Of a stretch of 24,000 bases of DNA, positions 21,213 through 24,000 are shown piece by piece; positions within the stretch are counted from its first letter, which is position 1, and the number at the start of each line of letters is the position of its first letter. A model generated the notes under the pieces. That model was given only the letters and a program-made list of their open reading frames with translations, ran no database searches and was not told the DNA's origin. The DNA is from Aeromonas allosaccharophila (lineage in GTDB: Bacteria; Pseudomonadota; Gammaproteobacteria; Enterobacterales; Aeromonadaceae), in the NCBI RefSeq assembly GCF_000819685.1, contig NZ_CDBR01000018.1, positions 1,066 through 25,065 on the forward strand. Reading direction: 5' to 3'. The translations under genes and the position numbers were made by a program.

Positions 21213-21307
21213 GTGGTTCCAAAAAGGTATACCCCATAAAAACCACCTAATACCCTCTCGAAAATCATATTGAAACCACTTATATTGAACCAATAATTAG
21301 GAACCAC
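21213..21307. repeat. Array of (G)GAACCAC / AACCAC motifs upstream of the recombinase gene
   Basis: GTGGTTCC (21213-21220, inverted), then AACCAC at 21241, 21274 and 21302 (the last two as AACCACTT), plus a GAACCAA variant at 21287. The spacing is about 28-33 bp, and the array ends 26 nt before the recombinase ATG. Confidence 0.6.
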
Positions 21308-21332
21308 TTTAAACAGACTGATGGGGGTTTCA

Positions 21333-21956
21333 ATGTTCATACGAGCGTATTTACGTGCATCGACTGTGGAGCAGGATGCTGAGCGGGCACGAGAGCTACT
21401 GATTGGTTTTGCTGCAGAGCATGGCCATCAGATAGCCAGTTTCTATGTGGAGAATGAGTCTGGTGCGACGTTGGACAGGCCTGAGCTTATGCGGCTGATC
21501 CGCGACGCTGCAGATCGTGACATTGTGCTGGTAGAACAGATTGCTCGTCTGGCTCGTCTCAATCAGACGGATTGGCAAACATTGAAGCAGTTGCTAGCTC
21601 AGAAACAGCTCTCCATCGTTTCTCCGGAGCTTCCGACTTCCTGGGTGGCGTTACAGGGGGACAGCCGCTCCGAGCTCACCAGCGCCATCTTGCAGGCTGT
21701 AAATGGCATGCTGCTGGATATGCTGGCAGCCGTCGCTCGCAAAGACTACGAAGATCGCCGACGCAGGCAACAGCAGGGTATTGCCAAGGCTAGGGATGAT
21801 GGGAAATATCGCGGTCGCCAGAAAGATGAAAAGAAGCGTCAGCACATCGCACAGTTGTTGAGCACCGGACACAGCTACTCGGTGATCCAGGAAATGTTGG
21901 GCTGCTCCCGCCATCTGATTTCGTGCGTGGCAAAAGAGGTCCATTCAGTAAAATAG
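21333..21956 (+). CDS. Small serine recombinase (resolvase/invertase family) with C-terminal HTH
   Basis: MFIRAYLRASTVEQD… contains the catalytic-Ser motif (Y-x-R-x-S-T-x-x-Q). It is collinear with gamma-delta resolvase through ESGATLDRPEL and VLVEQIARLARL, and has a C-terminal HTH (HSYSVIQEMLGCSRHLISCVAKE). ATG at 21333 follows a G-rich RBS. The ORF is open from 21321. Confidence 0.85.
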   Translation: MFIRAYLRASTVEQDAERARELLIGFAAEHGHQIASFYVENESGATLDRPELMRLIRDAADRDIVLVEQIARLARLNQTDWQTLKQLLAQKQLSIVSPELPTSWVALQGDSRSELTSAILQAVNGMLLDMLAAVARKDYEDRRRRQQQGIAKARDDGKYRGRQKDEKKRQHIAQLLSTGHSYSVIQEMLGCSRHLISCVAKEVHSVK

Positions 21957-21960
21957 CGGG

Positions 21961-22071
21961 TCATTTATCCGAGGCACCCATGCGACGCTTCTCGATATAC
22001 AGCCACGCAGCAAAGGCGCCAAAGCCTATCAGGAATGAAAACAGGAGGATCAGGATGACGATGCTGTTCAT
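21961..22071 (-). CDS. Unannotated 36-codon ORF: candidate small hydrophobic membrane peptide
   Basis: ATG at 22071 has GAGG (22080-22083) 8 nt upstream. The peptide is MNSIVILILLFSFLIGFGAFAAWLYIEKRRMGASDK, one predicted TM helix with a basic tail. Its stop lies 4 nt from the convergent recombinase stop. It falls below the ORF-track length cutoff. Confidence 0.3.
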   Translation of the reverse strand: MNSIVILILLFSFLIGFGAFAAWLYIEKRRMGASDK

Positions 22072-22216
22072 GGTGATGGCCTCAGGTGTAGCGGATAAAT
22101 GATGCAATCAGGTGATCGTGTGACCAAACTCCATATCACCATGGACTTCGCTCAGGGGAAAATCAACAACCAACTGAAAGTATTAAAGTTTGTCCGTTCG
22201 TGACAAATATGGCGGT

Positions 22217-22501
22217 GTGGAATCTCGCAGGATGTGGGGCCATGAAATGAGCCTTGTCATCCCCAGCCAATTCCCGTCCAGTTTCTTTCCACATAACTAT
22301 CTATCTGGAAAAGTGGTGCGAATTTTCCACATAGTGGAATGCCAGTTCAGAACGAGTTATGTGGAATCCTGATCGAAGACTTCCTATCTATCTGGAAATT
22401 TCGTGCCGTTTTTCTCTCTGGAATATTGGTCATCTTGTTTGAAGGGATTATGGATCTTGGTGTGCTGGAATTGATGGGGGCGGATTCCTATCTATCTGGA
22501 A
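22217..22501. repeat. Non-coding array of 17-bp direct repeats and GTGGAA/TTCCAC hexamers
   Basis: (TTC)CTATCTATCTGGAA occurs at 22297-22310, 22381-22397 and 22485-22501. TTCCACATAAC (22287-22297) pairs with GTTATGTGGAA (22356-22366). There is a palindrome TTCCAC-ATA-GTGGAA (22325-22339) and TGTGGAATC at 22216 and 22360. Extra CTGGAA(T/A) copies occur at about 22419 and 22465. Confidence 0.6.
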
Positions 22502-22742
22502 TCTTGGCCTGTGCATTCAGCGGGAGCCAAGCCGTCTAACTGGCTATGGGACTAACTCAAGCGATGCCCTTCAACAAGTATTCACTACGACCTGGTTATG
22601 CCATTGCCAGACGTATCCTTGGCCAGAAGGTACGCTATCAAGAGCAGCCTCCCATGTTGCTTTATGAGTCTGAAATCAACAAAACTCGGCTGATTTTATG
22701 AGAGAATCTTGAGCAATATTGTCCCCGACCGGAAGTGTGCTC

Positions 22743-23643
22743 ATGGCAGAGATCAACAAAGCAACCCTCACCGAAGCCGACATCATCTCGAAATACCTGT
22801 TGCCTGCTATCAAGGCTGCCGGGTGGGATGACCTGACCCAGGTCCGCCAAGAGGTGAAGCTGCGGGATGGCAAAGTGGTGGTGCGCGGCCAGATGGCGGC
22901 ACGCAAGAAGGTCAAATCGGCCGATATCGTGCTCTATCACAAGATGGGCTTGCCACTGGCGGTGATCGAGGCCAAAGCCAACAAGCATGAGATTGGCAAG
23001 GGGATGCAGCAGGGGCTCGATTATGCCCGTCTGCTGGATGTGCCGTTCGTATTTGCCAGCAACGGCGATGGTTTCGTATTTCATGACAAGACCAATCCGG
23101 CCAAGCTGGAATCCGAGATCGCGCTGGAGGACTTCCCCAGCCCGGGCCAGCTTTGGGACAAACTCTGCACCTGGAAGGGTTACACCCAGGCACAGTTGCC
23201 TGTCATCAGTCAGGACTATTACTCGGATGGCAGCGGCAAATCTCCCCGCTATTACCAGCTGCAGGCCATCAACAAGACCGTAGAAGCCATCTCGAAAGAT
23301 GAGGATCGGGTATTGCTGGTGATGGCCACCGGCACCGGCAAGACCTACACCGCATTCCAGATCATCTGGCGTTTGTGGAAGGCGGGCGCCAAGAAGCGCA
23401 TCCTGTTTCTGGCCGATCGCAACATTCTGGTAGATCAAACCAAGATCAATGATTTTCAGCCCTTTGGCTCGGCCATGACCAAGGTCACCGGACGCACGAT
23501 CGATCCTGCCTATGAGATCCACCTTGCCCTCTATCAGGCGCTCACCGGGCCGGAAGAGTCGCAGAAAGCCTTCAAGCAGGTCTCACCCTACTTCTTCGAC
23601 CTGATCGTGGTGGATGAGTGCCATCGGGGCAGCGCCGCCGAAG
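22743..23643 (+). pseudogene. hsdR: Type I restriction endonuclease R subunit (HsdR), N-terminal 300 codons, truncated by an IS insertion
   Basis: [28 protein letters not shown]… has a PD-(D/E)xK nuclease core (ADIVLY…LAVIEAKA), helicase motif I (VMATGTGKT) and motif II ([12 protein letters not shown]). Homology ends at about 23643, where the IS inverted repeat begins. The frame then reads 14 IS-derived codons to a stop at 23687. Confidence 0.85.
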
Positions 23644-24000
23644 TGAATCGCCCCCAGTTCCCTAGACACCTCACAGCCTTAAAATGAGGCAACTATTGGA
23701 GGTGTTATGACCCGTCAGCGTTATCCAGAAACATTCAAAATCGAAGCCGTTAAACAAATCACCGAGCGCGGACGGCCGGTGGCTGACGTTGCACGCGCCC
23801 TTGGGGTATCCAGCCACAGTCTGTATGCCTGGCTCAGGCAGTACGGTAAGCCTGCTGACCAGCAGCTCGAAGAGTCTGCCTTGCAAGCCGAGATCCGCCG
23901 CCTGAAAACTGAACTGCGCCAGATCACCGAGGAGCGCAACATCCTAAAGGAGGCCGCCGCGTACTTTGCCAGCGAGTCAAGGAAAGGTACGCGTTCATAA
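23644..24000 (+). mobile_element. IS3-family insertion sequence, left end (continues beyond window)
   Basis: The terminal sequence TGAATCGCCCCCAGTTCCCTAGACACC starts with the TG typical of IS3-family inverted repeats. It is followed 63 nt later by orfA, and it interrupts hsdR. Confidence 0.8.
23707..24000 (+). CDS. IS3-family transposase OrfA (HTH / leucine-zipper protein)
   Basis: MTRQRYPETFKIEAVKQITERGRPVADVARALGVSSHSLYAWLRQYGK… followed by a coiled LKTELRQITEERNILKEAAAYFA, the standard IS3 OrfA layout. GGAGG lies upstream. The stop is at 23998-24000. Confidence 0.85.
   Translation: MTRQRYPETFKIEAVKQITERGRPVADVARALGVSSHSLYAWLRQYGKPADQQLEESALQAEIRRLKTELRQITEERNILKEAAAYFASESRKGTRS

Noticed and set aside
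22297-22501. Possible CRISPR array (regularly spaced identical repeats).
   Set aside because: The repeats are only 14-17 bp, there are only three copies, the spacers are unequal (about 70-90 bp) and themselves contain related motifs, and there are no cas genes. None of this fits CRISPR architecture.
22190-22539. Two plus-strand ORFs (60 and 66 codons) in the gap before hsdR.
   Set aside because: They simply read through the 17-bp and hexamer repeat array (NYLSGKV, DFLSIWKF, SYLSGIL arise from the same DNA repeat). They have no RBS and no recognisable fold or family.
23644-23687. C-terminal 14 codons ([14 protein letters not shown]) of the ORF called at 22719-23687.
   Set aside because: These codons are not HsdR sequence. 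They are read-through into the IS3 left inverted repeat. The first 8 codons of that call (22719-22742) were also dropped in favour of ATG 22743 (MAEINKATL…), which matches HsdR N-termini.

Overview
The window has two parts. Positions 1 to about 13,000 are GC-rich, densely coded, core-like gammaproteobacterial chromosome; an Aeromonas-like origin is a low-confidence impression from composition and gene content. This part holds a LacI-family regulator tail, a YfeH-type BASS transporter, the ovothiol synthase OvoA, a DUF2807 lipoprotein, and the formaldehyde detoxification pair frmA-frmB with a divergent LysR regulator. It also holds a VceCAB/EmrAB-like tripartite MFS efflux operon (outer-membrane lipoprotein, membrane fusion protein, DHA2 pump) with a divergent TetR regulator and a palindromic operator. 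From about 13,000 to the window end the sequence is visibly more AT-rich and mosaic, like an accessory or defence-type island. It contains hipBA with four upstream dyad operators, then a HepT/MntA (HEPN/MNT) toxin-antitoxin module in which the toxin is intact but the antitoxin carries a frameshift and an in-frame TAG. Next comes a beta-glucoside operon (bglF-bglB-bglG) behind a textbook RAT/terminator attenuator, then a 162-bp IS903-like MITE with a 9-bp target duplication. After that are a small serine recombinase preceded by phased AACCAC repeats, an unannotated 36-codon hydrophobic ORF, and a roughly 300-bp array of 17-bp and hexamer repeats with no obvious coding role. The window ends with a type I restriction hsdR gene truncated at its DECH helicase motif by an IS3-family insertion. 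I recognise no rRNA, tRNA or CRISPR. The long ORFs antisense to the GC-rich genes are shadow ORFs.
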